A stretch of DNA of 64,000 nucleotides from an uncultured Alphaproteobacteria bacterium (GTDB lineage Bacteria; Pseudomonadota; Alphaproteobacteria; Rs-D84): positions 103,838 through 167,837 of the forward strand of contig CALXZM010000003.1 of the NCBI GenBank assembly GCA_944393245.1. The letters run 5' to 3'. Below are positions 49,027-59,138 of this stretch, piece after piece. Each line of letters opens with the position of its first letter. The first letter of the stretch is position 1. Under the pieces are notes generated by a model. That model made no database searches. It saw only the letters and a program-made list of their open reading frames with translations, and was not told the DNA's origin. The translations under genes were made by a program, and so were the position numbers.

Positions 49027-49563
49027 CTAGAATACATAGCGCAATTTCAGGCGTGCTTCGTATTGCAGAAAATCAGGTTTCAAACCCGCAACATCATAAA
49101 TATCGGCGGCGTACAGGGCGCGACCCTCTATATCCACATCAATTGGTAATACGGGGATGTCAAACGTTACACCCAACATTGCCTGGTATGCGGCGACAGA
49201 ATCAATGTCAACAAAATCTGTGTCGGTGCCACTGAATATGTTACCAATACCAACACCAATGTATGGCTTTACCGCAGGCAACGGCATTTTCGCATACAGA
49301 TTTATCATCCCCAGGTGCATTTTTATGCTGTCCGCATGCATATAATCATATTCTAGTTCAAAGCGAAATACCGGTATATCAATTCCAACAACGGCACCAT
49401 ACGATTGGGCCGAGTGAGTTTTATCAACATCTTTTGCGAACATTGTGGCACCACCAACACCAACCATTGCGCCAGCATACACGTCAAACAGTGCATTTGC
49501 ATTGGCCGCACCAGAAAAGCCAATTATTGCGGCGGTAAAAAGACCCGCATATTTTAAATTCAT
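49027..49563 (-). CDS. Small outer-membrane beta-barrel protein (OmpA-like / opacity-family fold)
   Basis: Signal peptide; alternating aromatic beta-strands; C-terminal ...RLKLRYVF. Confidence 0.6.
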   Translation of the reverse strand: MNLKYAGLFTAAIIGFSGAANANALFDVYAGAMVGVGGATMFAKDVDKTHSAQSYGAVVGIDIPVFRFELEYDYMHADSIKMHLGMINLYAKMPLPAVKPYIGVGIGNIFSGTDTDFVDIDSVAAYQAMLGVTFDIPVLPIDVDIEGRALYAADIYDVAGLKPDFLQYEARLKLRYVF

Positions 49564-49608
49564 ATTTTTCTCCTTTATATGATATTATAATAAAAAAAAG
49601 AGATATAT

Positions 49609-50130
49609 ATGCAAGAAAATAAACCAATTTTAATTGTTGGGTTGGGAAATCCAGGGGCGCAATATGAAAAGACGCGTCATAATGTCGGATTTATGGCTGT
49701 GCAGCATTTTGTACCCGATGATGCGACGTGGCGTAATGAACATAATGCGTTGACTGTGTCTGAAAATATAAATGGGTGCCGGGTTATATTTGCGTTGCCC
49801 CAGACGTTTATGAATAACAGTGGGATGGCTGTTGGTGCGCTGGTGCGTTTTTATAAAATTCCGGTGGAAAATGTAATTGTTATTCATGACGACATGGATT
49901 TAAAGCCGGGGGACATACGTGAAAAAACAGGTGGTGGCAGTGCCGGCCATAATGGGATAAAATCAATTGATGCGGCAATTGGGGTAAATTATCGTCGTAT
50001 CAGGATTGGTATCGGTCATCCACGCGATTTTGATTTACCGATAAATCCGGCTGATTGGGTTTTGGGTAAGTTTTCTGATAATGAAATGAAAATAATAAAT
50101 GATGTTATTTCGCAAATAAAATTGTTTTAA
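49609..50130 (+). CDS. pth: Peptidyl-tRNA hydrolase
   Basis: LIVGLGNPGAQYEKTRHNVGF, GHNG motif. Confidence 0.93.
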   Translation: MQENKPILIVGLGNPGAQYEKTRHNVGFMAVQHFVPDDATWRNEHNALTVSENINGCRVIFALPQTFMNNSGMAVGALVRFYKIPVENVIVIHDDMDLKPGDIREKTGGGSAGHNGIKSIDAAIGVNYRRIRIGIGHPRDFDLPINPADWVLGKFSDNEMKIINDVISQIKLF

Positions 50131-50182
50131 GTAAATTTCTGTGATTAATAAACAAATCCCCATAATTGTTATGGGGATTTGT

Positions 50183-53100
50183 TTATTGGTATGTAATTTT
50201 GAAGTTTGTCGGTGATTGATTTTGGCATTGGGTTTGACCGTTCAGCCATGACCAAGCATCACCGCCAAATGTTCTTACACATGATACATTATCACCAACC
50301 TCAACAGATTCATTGTATGAACATATTGGGTTTTGTGGCTGGGGGTCTGGTATATTATCCGGTACATTGTACAGGGGCGCCATATATTGTCCGTTTTTGG
50401 TAACAATGACATATTCGCCGTTACAATGTACCTTTTTACCAGATGGATACGCGGCGTCTGCGTCTGGTTCAGAAACATCAGATTTTTCGCCGATACAAAA
50501 TACGTAACCTAGACCATCGTTGCCGTAATAATCACCACTGACCTGGAATGACATAATGAATGTTGCATTTGCAGGTAAACACAAGCCACCGTCAGCGGTT
50601 GGGGCGGCACCTTCGACAGAACCGCCGGCGGGACCTATGGTGCTTGGGTTTTTGACATTACCCCAATAGGCAGTTGTTTTTCCCCAATCCAAATTATTAA
50701 TACGATTCTGTAATCCGCCCAGGCAGCAGTTTCCAAACGTATCGCGTCCACCGTTGGTGCTGTCTGATGTTTTGCAGCAGTTTGTTGTATTGCCAACATT
50801 TACACGCCAGAATTTGTCCGTTGGGCATAAATCGCCATCGCCAGATATTCCAGATTGTGATACGCATACTGTTGCCTGGGCCGCCGCATCCCATGTTGCA
50901 ATGTATCCAGGGCCACATGATGTATCGCGACAACTGTCCAGTGCGGTATCTGTTCCTGTATTTTTGGCGAACCAGGACAGTAATGTTTCGTCGGATGCCA
51001 CGGTTGGGATTTTGATTTGGTTATGTGAATTTTCTGCGGACAGATTTGTTGCAGGGTGCACTTCGCAATTGCCCCATATCTTTTCCGCCAAACGGCATAC
51101 CTGGCATTCGTCTGATGATGCATTATTGTAACTGATTGTTGTGCCGTCAAACGTAAATCCACAATCGTCGGCGCATATATCAAATATGCAATTTGTTGTG
51201 CCAGATTCATCCAATATGCATGATGTGGACGTAAAGTTAGATGATAATTCATCATTTGTTATGTCGTCATTTGTATATTGACCATAAATTGATGAATAAA
51301 ATGAGCCGTTGGTGTCAATCAGGCCGTCAGCCTGTTGTAATTCTGTTATTTTATTAATAGATGTTATACCAGCGTCAGCAACACAATTTAACACTTCGTC
51401 CCAACATGCGGTACGGTTGATAATGGCCTTTCTGTTAACAGAAGTTTGGATGTTTTCACACAAACCAAAGTTGCCAGAAATAGATTTGCATGATTGGATA
51501 ATGCAGTTACGGCCAACTTCGCGACAGGTTTGCATAATGGTTTCGTATGTTTTGTCGCTGGCGATTTCTGTCATGCCAGATGACCAATCTGTGCCACCGT
51601 CAACAGTGTCTAGTAATGCGGTACAGGCATTTTGAACCTCGGAACACATTTGTTTGACGGTTTTGTCGGCCTCTACACCAAAAACAGACAGGGAACGTGC
51701 ATCAAATTCTTCCAGTGAATCATAGGCATCGGTCAGGCATTGGGTGGTCAAAGTGGTGCAACTTTGGCGCACTTCTTCTAATTTCTTTTCCTGGGCTAAT
51801 TTTATTTGCGCCAATGCATCTTCGATAAAACTGTCCCATACGTAATCGGCAATGTCCTGACATTTTTCGGTGGCTGATTCCAAAAACATCTTTTTTGATG
51901 TTAAATATGATACGAATTTGGCGTTGCCCGGCGCGCCAGTCCATGTTTGATTTGGCCCCGGGCGGGTTATTAAATTTCCTAAATTGACCAATTCTGATGT
52001 TAAAATGGCTTCGCCGGTGGATGGATCTATGTATTGACCACTGATGTCCAGGCATTGTTCCAGATTTTCACCGCAAACAGATGTGTTTGTCAGCATATCC
52101 AACATTTTCTTTTTACATGTTAATATGTCATCTGAATTACGCTGTTGGTATGTGTCCAGACGGGATATGTCCAACAGGGCACTGCCTTCACGGATTTTTT
52201 CACGGGCCAAATCCTGTTGTGTTTGATATGCCTTGGCCACGGTATTACAATCTTGTTCAATGGCCATTTGATATCCACTTTCCACTATATCCAGTTCGTC
52301 CTGGGTACAAACCTCTAATGCCATTTCACGGCATATTGGTAATGCGGATGCGTATAATTCTGTGCCGGATTTTGCCGTTGTGGACGCGCCAGCCAATGAA
52401 TCGACATTGTCAAATGCGGCATCCACATTCAATGATAATGATATTGGTGCCAGGTTGGCATCAAATGAACTGGTGTCAAATGTGTCATTTAACTTTTCAG
52501 AAATTTCATCCAGTAATTTTTTAGAATCTGAATTATCGTCCTGTTGAAATGCTATTTCGCCCTCGGTCGGTTTAAATATAGCCTCGGCATCTTCTTTGTC
52601 CATGTTTACGGTTAACAAGCGTTGGTTAAAATCCAACAATTTATCTTCTACCTGGGCCAGTTGCGCTTTGACATCATCAAATTCATTTATGCGTGACGAA
52701 CATGCACAACGTTTTAACTGGCTGTCCTTGTTGGCGCAAAATTCGTCCATGCAACTGTAATATACGTCGCGACATGTTGTATAATCGCGGTTCATGATTT
52801 CTTCGGCGGTCATGGTTCCCGCACGCGACAGACGGGCACCAGATGATGTGGTCCTGCGTGCTGTGCCTGTATTTGCAGCAGTTTGAATTGCGTTGCGTGA
52901 AACCGTTGCGGCGCGGGATACTGTTGCAGTGCCACTGCGCGCACCAGATGATTGGGTCGATGGGGTGCGTGTTATTGTCCCCGTTCGTGATGTTGTTCCA
53001 ACCGTTCCGCGTGAAATGGTCGCACGTGACGGGGTGGATATAACCGTGGATGTGTTTGTTGTACCGCGTGGCAAAACATTTGTTGCCGTGCGCGCGGAAA

Positions 53101-53437
53101 CGCCGTTGGTGGCGGTTTCAGTGGTGGTTCGGGCCCCTGTGTCACGAACAACAACATTATTTGTGCGTGATGTTGTGTTTGTTGTCGCGCGATTACGCAC
53201 AGATGTCCCAGATGACATTTGTGTGTCGTACGTATTCGTTGAACGTGAAATTCCAGATGTACCAATTGATTGCGTACCAGCAGAATTGGCAGTTTGGGTG
53301 CGGGACACGGTTGTGGTGGCACCACGCCGTGTTGCGGCGCGGGCAACACTGTCCGCGTCATCAGCATGCGCAACACCGATGAAAAACAAAAGTGCCAGTG
53401 TTATGCAACCTGAAAAAAATTGTTTGATTCCTGTCAT
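50183..53437 (-). CDS. Large secreted Cys-rich coiled-coil protein, family member 6 (1084 aa)
   Basis: Signal peptide; ~200 aa T/R/S low-complexity; TTCRDVYYSCMDEFC...CACSS; VCGENLEQCLDISGQYIDPSTGEAI and EKCQDIADYVWDSF blocks shared with 4002-6524; Cys-rich C-terminal third. Confidence 0.7.
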   Translation of the reverse strand: MTGIKQFFSGCITLALLFFIGVAHADDADSVARAATRRGATTTVSRTQTANSAGTQSIGTSGISRSTNTYDTQMSSGTSVRNRATTNTTSRTNNVVVRDTGARTTTETATNGVSARTATNVLPRGTTNTSTVISTPSRATISRGTVGTTSRTGTITRTPSTQSSGARSGTATVSRAATVSRNAIQTAANTGTARRTTSSGARLSRAGTMTAEEIMNRDYTTCRDVYYSCMDEFCANKDSQLKRCACSSRINEFDDVKAQLAQVEDKLLDFNQRLLTVNMDKEDAEAIFKPTEGEIAFQQDDNSDSKKLLDEISEKLNDTFDTSSFDANLAPISLSLNVDAAFDNVDSLAGASTTAKSGTELYASALPICREMALEVCTQDELDIVESGYQMAIEQDCNTVAKAYQTQQDLAREKIREGSALLDISRLDTYQQRNSDDILTCKKKMLDMLTNTSVCGENLEQCLDISGQYIDPSTGEAILTSELVNLGNLITRPGPNQTWTGAPGNAKFVSYLTSKKMFLESATEKCQDIADYVWDSFIEDALAQIKLAQEKKLEEVRQSCTTLTTQCLTDAYDSLEEFDARSLSVFGVEADKTVKQMCSEVQNACTALLDTVDGGTDWSSGMTEIASDKTYETIMQTCREVGRNCIIQSCKSISGNFGLCENIQTSVNRKAIINRTACWDEVLNCVADAGITSINKITELQQADGLIDTNGSFYSSIYGQYTNDDITNDELSSNFTSTSCILDESGTTNCIFDICADDCGFTFDGTTISYNNASSDECQVCRLAEKIWGNCEVHPATNLSAENSHNQIKIPTVASDETLLSWFAKNTGTDTALDSCRDTSCGPGYIATWDAAAQATVCVSQSGISGDGDLCPTDKFWRVNVGNTTNCCKTSDSTNGGRDTFGNCCLGGLQNRINNLDWGKTTAYWGNVKNPSTIGPAGGSVEGAAPTADGGLCLPANATFIMSFQVSGDYYGNDGLGYVFCIGEKSDVSEPDADAAYPSGKKVHCNGEYVIVTKNGQYMAPLYNVPDNIPDPQPQNPICSYNESVEVGDNVSCVRTFGGDAWSWLNGQTQCQNQSPTNFKITYQ

Positions 53438-53522
53438 TCTGTCTGTATGTGTAATGTTAGCAAAATTTTAAAAAGTCGGGCAAGTATTTTTATTACAGAA
53501 CGATAACAGATTTTGTGGGGTT

Positions 53523-53606
53523 GGTGCGGACGGGGGGAATCGAACCCCCATGGATTTTATCCACAGCATCCTTAGTGCTGTGCGTCTACCGTTTCGCCAC
53601 GCCCGC
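53523..53606 (-). tRNA. tRNA-Leu with apparent anticodon AAG (class II)
   Basis: Minus strand: gcgggcgtggcgaaacggtagacgcacagcaCTAAGGAtgctgtggataaaatccatgggggttcgattccccccgtccgcacca. Anticodon stem cagca/tgctg, 7-nt loop CUAAGGA, so positions 34-36 are AAG. Confidence 0.7.
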
Positions 53607-53719
53607 AGTATGTATTAAATGTATTTTTTCTTTGCTAATTCTTGCAAGAAGCATTTTTATTTTCAACCTTTTTATGATACAATGGCAATTGATAATAGTG
53701 ATGTAGAGAGGATAATAAA

Positions 53720-55198
53720 ATGAGAAAAGTTTCTTTGATTGCATTAATGTTGGCACCAATCGCTGCAAACGCGGCTGGGACATACTATTCTGGATATACG
53801 AATGCGTATCAATCACCACAAACAGGGTATTCAACACAAACATATGCCCAGCGTCAGGGCGGATATGCAAATCAGTATAACCGATATGCGGCACCATCGT
53901 ATGCCAGTACACGTTATAACACGGGCAGTGTGGCAAATACTGCCACCATGGCACAGCAAAGCAATACCCAGGCAAAAAGCAATAATTCTAAGAAAACTGG
54001 TTTTTGGTTGGATGCCGGAATTACGCATGAAATGGCGCAGTGGCAATTTGAAATGGCACAATCTGGCAGTATTTTAAGTTATGATAATGTCGGTTGGAAT
54101 GTTTTTGATATTACTGCGGGGTATGCATTTGATGTTGGCAGTACAACGTTACAATTTGATGCTGGGTTTAAATACGGTATGCAGTGGGGCGAATCAACCA
54201 TGTATGACGATGATATTTCAAATGGTGGGTTTTTAGTAACCACGTGGGTTGATGCCGGCGATAAAAGTACAATTGGTGACCAAATTGGGCATGCAATGTC
54301 AATCGGTACCAGCAAGGGCGGTAATATGTTGGGATTTAACGTCGGGTTTGGGCTGACTGATATTTTCAAGATTGGTAATGTGACCATTACACCATCTGTT
54401 GGTTATCGGTATTTGAAATACAAATTAACAACTGAAAATAATTTTGGGTTGTCTGTTGATACAACGGCCTGTTTCCAGATAGAGGGCAGCGATGAAATTC
54501 AATGCGATCCAGCAATCATTGTTAACTTGGGTGACGGAAAGCAACAAATTATTTGGCGCGATGATATTAATGGCAGTATGGATATCCCCAGTGGGGCGAC
54601 CGACATAAATACAGGCAGTACATATTATTATCATCAACCGGGGACCAGCCATTCTTATGAAACAACATGGGCAGGACCATATATTGCATTGGATATGGAT
54701 TATGTAATTAATCAGTATAATGCTGTTAATGGTCGTGTTGAATTTGGATTCCCAGGATATACGTCAACTGGTGACCAACCATATCGTTTTGATTGGGCGC
54801 ATCCGAAAAGTGTAGAAGATGAAGCCGGCATGTTTGGGGCATTCCATTTTGGATTGGGGGCCAATTGGACAACGTCCATAACAGATTATGTTGCATTGTC
54901 GGTTGGTTTAACATATGATTATTATACCGTCAGTGGGGCTGATGCCAGTACGTATTTAAATATGGATTATTATAATACTTGGTATAACATGATTCTGGAT
55001 GCGTGGAAAGAACAGTATCCTGATAATACCGAAGATTATATGTTGGGCAAGATAGAAGATGTCGCCGGTGACCCAACCGCGATAAATATCAAAAACCTGG
55101 AAGCGCAATGCCCCGGTGGTGTTTGCACAACTGACAGTGAAATAGAATCTTTCTATAAATCATTGGGGATACGAATTGGTATAAACGCAAAGTTTTAA
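53720..55198 (+). CDS. Outer-membrane beta-barrel protein, hypothetical (492 aa)
   Basis: Signal peptide MRKVSLIALMLAPIAANA; Tyr/Gln/Asn-rich N-region; beta-strand-rich body ending GIRIGINAKF. Confidence 0.55.
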   Translation: MRKVSLIALMLAPIAANAAGTYYSGYTNAYQSPQTGYSTQTYAQRQGGYANQYNRYAAPSYASTRYNTGSVANTATMAQQSNTQAKSNNSKKTGFWLDAGITHEMAQWQFEMAQSGSILSYDNVGWNVFDITAGYAFDVGSTTLQFDAGFKYGMQWGESTMYDDDISNGGFLVTTWVDAGDKSTIGDQIGHAMSIGTSKGGNMLGFNVGFGLTDIFKIGNVTITPSVGYRYLKYKLTTENNFGLSVDTTACFQIEGSDEIQCDPAIIVNLGDGKQQIIWRDDINGSMDIPSGATDINTGSTYYYHQPGTSHSYETTWAGPYIALDMDYVINQYNAVNGRVEFGFPGYTSTGDQPYRFDWAHPKSVEDEAGMFGAFHFGLGANWTTSITDYVALSVGLTYDYYTVSGADASTYLNMDYYNTWYNMILDAWKEQYPDNTEDYMLGKIEDVAGDPTAINIKNLEAQCPGGVCTTDSEIESFYKSLGIRIGINAKF

Positions 55199-55204
55199 TA
55201 TAAA

Positions 55205-55816
55205 ATGAAGTTGAACAGGATTTTATTTGGAATGTTTCTGGCAATCGCACCGTTTGGTGCGATTGCGGTTGATTTGTCTGGAACGGCATCGGTAAATGTT
55301 ACCAGTGATACCGCCGCCGCCGCAAAAAATATGGCTTTTGATGAGGCCCGTCGTCAAATTATTAACGATGTGTTGGGACAATACGCCATTCCTGATTTGT
55401 TGGCCGATGCGGTAAAAAATGCCAGTGCAGATGATTTGACAAATTTGATTGCTGCGTCGTCAATTGATGGGGAACAGCAATCCGATACAACTTATTCCGC
55501 AAATATTTCCATGACAATTGACCGTGATGCAGCGCGCGCATGGATGACAGCAAATAATGTTCAAAATTGGCTGACCGATGGTAAATCGGGTGATACATTT
55601 GTTGTTCAAATTGTTATGTCTGATAAATTGGCCGGTTGGATTGAATTAAACAATATTGCACGCGCCGAAGGCATAAATATGGACACTAAATACATAAATG
55701 GAAACAGGGTTACTGTTGAAATTCCTGTGTCCAGTCGTGGGGCATTCACCATCGCAATTGGCGAGGCTGGATGGCGATATGCCGACCAAAATGGTGTTTT
55801 ACACATAATAAAGTAA
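55205..55816 (+). CDS. Secreted hypothetical protein (203 aa)
   Basis: Signal peptide MKLNRILFGMFLAIAPFGAIA. No family recognised. Confidence 0.5.
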   Translation: MKLNRILFGMFLAIAPFGAIAVDLSGTASVNVTSDTAAAAKNMAFDEARRQIINDVLGQYAIPDLLADAVKNASADDLTNLIAASSIDGEQQSDTTYSANISMTIDRDAARAWMTANNVQNWLTDGKSGDTFVVQIVMSDKLAGWIELNNIARAEGINMDTKYINGNRVTVEIPVSSRGAFTIAIGEAGWRYADQNGVLHIIK

Positions 55817-55823
55817 TTTTGTC

Positions 55824-56702
55824 TTGAAACGTTATTTGGCTGTTTTAATTGTTATGTTATTGCCGTTCGCGGCCGTGGCAGATGATGCCAATAATGCATT
55901 GTTTGGGGTAACGCATGACGACAGTAAATTACAATTGTCTGTGCGACGCATTGGCCTGGATTTATCAAAAACACAGGTACGCAATGCCGAAGAGTATCAG
56001 GATTCACCAGTTGCGGCCCTGAATGCCACCAGCCAGGATTATATCAAGGCTGTTTTTGATACTATTTTGGAATACACAAAAAATAAATTTAAATGGGATA
56101 ACAGTTTGTTTATGGAATATGGTAAAACAACACTGAAACCATATGATGCGCCCGCAACAACCGATGAAAACGCTGACAAGATTTTGTATTCCAGTGATTT
56201 ATCTTATGAATGTTGGGAATTTGGCGGATTAAAATTTGGACCGACTGTGCGTGGGGCGTACGAAACGCAGTTCGCAGACAGTACTGATTCACCACGACAA
56301 AATATTATTCGTGCCAGTGCCGGTATTTCTTTGTTTGATCATAATATAATAAAAAGCCTGTATATAACTGGAATACACGAATATGATTTTACATATGCCG
56401 GGAATCAAAACAGTAAATTGGGTGCTGAATTTGGATGGCGTTTGGAATATAATATTCGCCAGGGCGTAAAGTTGTCTTCGGATGGATATTATCGTGAATA
56501 TTTTTCATATTCTGAATATGTGCCAACTGATTTAGAACGGGATTTAAGTGCCGTTATCCGATTGGATACAAATTTGTGGGGCGATTTTACAATGGGGCCG
56601 TATGCGCAATACAGATTGGCCAGGGCACGTGGGGCTGACCATTATGGCAGTAATTTGATATTGGGAATTTCGTTTAATTATATTACAAAATTCTTGTTAT
56701 AA
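55824..56702 (+). CDS. Secreted / outer-membrane hypothetical protein (292 aa)
   Basis: Signal peptide MKRYLAVLIVMLLPFAAVA; aromatic-rich amphipathic strands. Confidence 0.5.
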   Translation: MKRYLAVLIVMLLPFAAVADDANNALFGVTHDDSKLQLSVRRIGLDLSKTQVRNAEEYQDSPVAALNATSQDYIKAVFDTILEYTKNKFKWDNSLFMEYGKTTLKPYDAPATTDENADKILYSSDLSYECWEFGGLKFGPTVRGAYETQFADSTDSPRQNIIRASAGISLFDHNIIKSLYITGIHEYDFTYAGNQNSKLGAEFGWRLEYNIRQGVKLSSDGYYREYFSYSEYVPTDLERDLSAVIRLDTNLWGDFTMGPYAQYRLARARGADHYGSNLILGISFNYITKFLL

Positions 56703-56726
56703 GTGTGCGTCAATTTGTCCACGTAT

Positions 56727-59138
56727 TTACTTTATCACACTGAATGTTATTGATGTCGCGGCACCCATTTCATCCATTATTCTGACAATATGGTCACCGA
56801 TGGGTACATTGTACGTAATTGTTTGGCCTGATATTGTTGTGCCAATCATGTTGTCGTCCAAAAACCAAAATATTTTTGCGTCTGGCATGTCTGATACCGC
56901 GCGAAAAGCGATTTGTTCAGTATTTTTATCTGATAAAATTACTGTTCTGGTGCCGTCCAGTGGGGATATTATGACCGGCGCGGCGCGGGTTGATGTTACA
57001 TCGTCCAGGTTACAGCCCGGCATAAATGGGGGCGGGGTGTTACGTGTAATTCCAGCACGACGAAACATATCCAGATATTCTGCATCCCAAAATTCGTATA
57101 CCGCCATGTGCGTGGTTGCAGGATTGCGGGTGCATGCACGCAGGCCTGTTTTATTATCAATTGGTACCGCACGATAAACTGATGATGTGTTTATCGGGGA
57201 TTTGCCAGGAATAAAGTATGCCATGGTGGTTTTGGGACAATACTTGCCGGCCAGTCCACCAACGTCGGCGCACATTTCTATTTCTGATATATTCATGTCG
57301 TCGCGCAGAAAATTATTGTTTTTTAATGGGGTGCCGCGTGCTGTATAATATTTTTCAACCGTTTCAGCCAGTGAAAAATATATTGGTGCGGCCGCACGGG
57401 CACCACTGAACGCATTGTTTGGTGTGCCATCAAAATTACCAACCCATACGATTAATACAAAATCGCCAAATATTCCCGCCGTCCATGCGTCACGAAATGA
57501 TGACGATGTGCCTGTTTTCCAATAATGACGTAATGAATTTGTTTGATGTTTGGCAAATGGAATTTTTTTAGTCGGGGTGGATTGATGCGATAACATATCC
57601 AGGGTGATAAAGAATGCTTCGGGGGTTAAAACGTGTGTCGGTGAAATTTGTGTATCGTTTATGTCTGTTTTTATATTGTATCGTGCGCCCAGGTTGGCCA
57701 TTGTTGCATAAATGTTTGCCAATTCAAACATTGATACTTCGGCCCCGCCCAGGGCGATTGATATCCCATAATAATCCGGCGATTTCAGGTTTGATACGCC
57801 ACAATCAGACAGTATTTTATAAAAGTTTTTTGTGCCGATTTGTTTTAATAAATTAATCGCTGGTATATTTCGCGAATGGGTTAATGCATCGCGTGCCAAT
57901 ACTGGGCCAAAAAATTCACTGTCTGAATTTTCAGGGGCGTATACGCCAAAATTTATTTTAGAATCTTTTAATAATGTCATCCCATGAATATAACCCATAT
58001 CAACCGCAGTTGCGTATATTAATGGCTTTAACGTTGAACCTGGGCTGCGACGGGCCTGGACCCCGTCATTTTCACCAAAAATTGTTTTATCAAAATAATC
58101 AGCCGAACCAATATATGCCAATGTTTCCATTGTTTTATAGTTTAATAATATGGCCGCTGCATTCGTGATGCCAATCGCACGGCGCGCATTTATTTCATTT
58201 GCAAGTGTTCGGGTCAGCGCATTTTGCAAATCTAAATCCAGTGTCGTTGTGATTAACGAATCGTGTTGGCCAATGTCATTCCAATAATTGGCATTTTTTG
58301 ATATTTCGTAATTTATAAAATGTGGCGCATTAAATGGTAAATCACGTGTTGTACGCGTGCTTAATGGCATGTCGGCCAATTGTATCAGGGTATTATCAGA
58401 TGGATTTTCATCAACCCATCTGCGAACTAAATCGCCACGCATGTTCATTATGTTGGATAATCCGGTGGGGGTATTTAATCCGCGCTTTATTGGATTTTGC
58501 GGTATTGTTGCCAGGGTAATCGATTCGATTTTTGTTAAATCTGATGCGGGTTTGTCAAAATATATTAACGATGCGGCACCAATGCTTTCGATATTTCCAC
58601 CATATGGGGCTAAATTTAAATAACATTCCAGAATTTCGTCCTTTGGATAAAACATATCTATATAAATAGCCGCGGCAATTTGTTTCAGTTTACCCGCAAT
58701 TTCCCGCGTGTTCAGATTGTATTTTATGCGGGCAACCTGCATCGTTATGGTGGATGCGCCAGCAGGGTGGGGAACACCCATAAAATAATTTATTGTCGCG
58801 CGCACTAATGATACAGGATTTACCCCAGGATGATATTTGAAATATTTATCTTCGTATAAAATAGTGGCCCGTTGAATGTCTGAACTGATTTCTGATAATG
58901 GCGTATATAATCTGTATTTATCGTCCGCGGATAATGTTATGCGTAACAGTTTGCCGTTTCTGTCAAAATATGCCCGTCCAAAATGTGTGTCGTTTAATAA
59001 CGGTGGGGTAAAAAATATTTGTATAATGGAATATAGTATTATTAATCCGGCAATAATTCCGTATAAAACCCGATGGCGGCGCATGTGCGTCGCCAATTGG
59101 GGTATTATATTGGTTAACTGATTATTTGGACGCGTCAT
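56727..59138 (-). CDS. pbpC: Penicillin-binding protein 1C (bifunctional transglycosylase/transpeptidase)
   Basis: GT51 motifs (EDKYFKYHPGVNP, RIKYNL), transpeptidase SxxK/SxN/KTG, C-terminal PbpC domain. Overlaps the upstream A2M gene end by 17 nt. Confidence 0.9.
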   Translation of the reverse strand: MTRPNNQLTNIIPQLATHMRRHRVLYGIIAGLIILYSIIQIFFTPPLLNDTHFGRAYFDRNGKLLRITLSADDKYRLYTPLSEISSDIQRATILYEDKYFKYHPGVNPVSLVRATINYFMGVPHPAGASTITMQVARIKYNLNTREIAGKLKQIAAAIYIDMFYPKDEILECYLNLAPYGGNIESIGAASLIYFDKPASDLTKIESITLATIPQNPIKRGLNTPTGLSNIMNMRGDLVRRWVDENPSDNTLIQLADMPLSTRTTRDLPFNAPHFINYEISKNANYWNDIGQHDSLITTTLDLDLQNALTRTLANEINARRAIGITNAAAILLNYKTMETLAYIGSADYFDKTIFGENDGVQARRSPGSTLKPLIYATAVDMGYIHGMTLLKDSKINFGVYAPENSDSEFFGPVLARDALTHSRNIPAINLLKQIGTKNFYKILSDCGVSNLKSPDYYGISIALGGAEVSMFELANIYATMANLGARYNIKTDINDTQISPTHVLTPEAFFITLDMLSHQSTPTKKIPFAKHQTNSLRHYWKTGTSSSFRDAWTAGIFGDFVLIVWVGNFDGTPNNAFSGARAAAPIYFSLAETVEKYYTARGTPLKNNNFLRDDMNISEIEMCADVGGLAGKYCPKTTMAYFIPGKSPINTSSVYRAVPIDNKTGLRACTRNPATTHMAVYEFWDAEYLDMFRRAGITRNTPPPFMPGCNLDDVTSTRAAPVIISPLDGTRTVILSDKNTEQIAFRAVSDMPDAKIFWFLDDNMIGTTISGQTITYNVPIGDHIVRIMDEMGAATSITFSVIK

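Noticed and set aside
53515-53706. 63-aa plus-strand ORF
   Set aside because: It lies on top of the minus-strand tRNA-Leu and its promoter region, so it is a spurious ORF.
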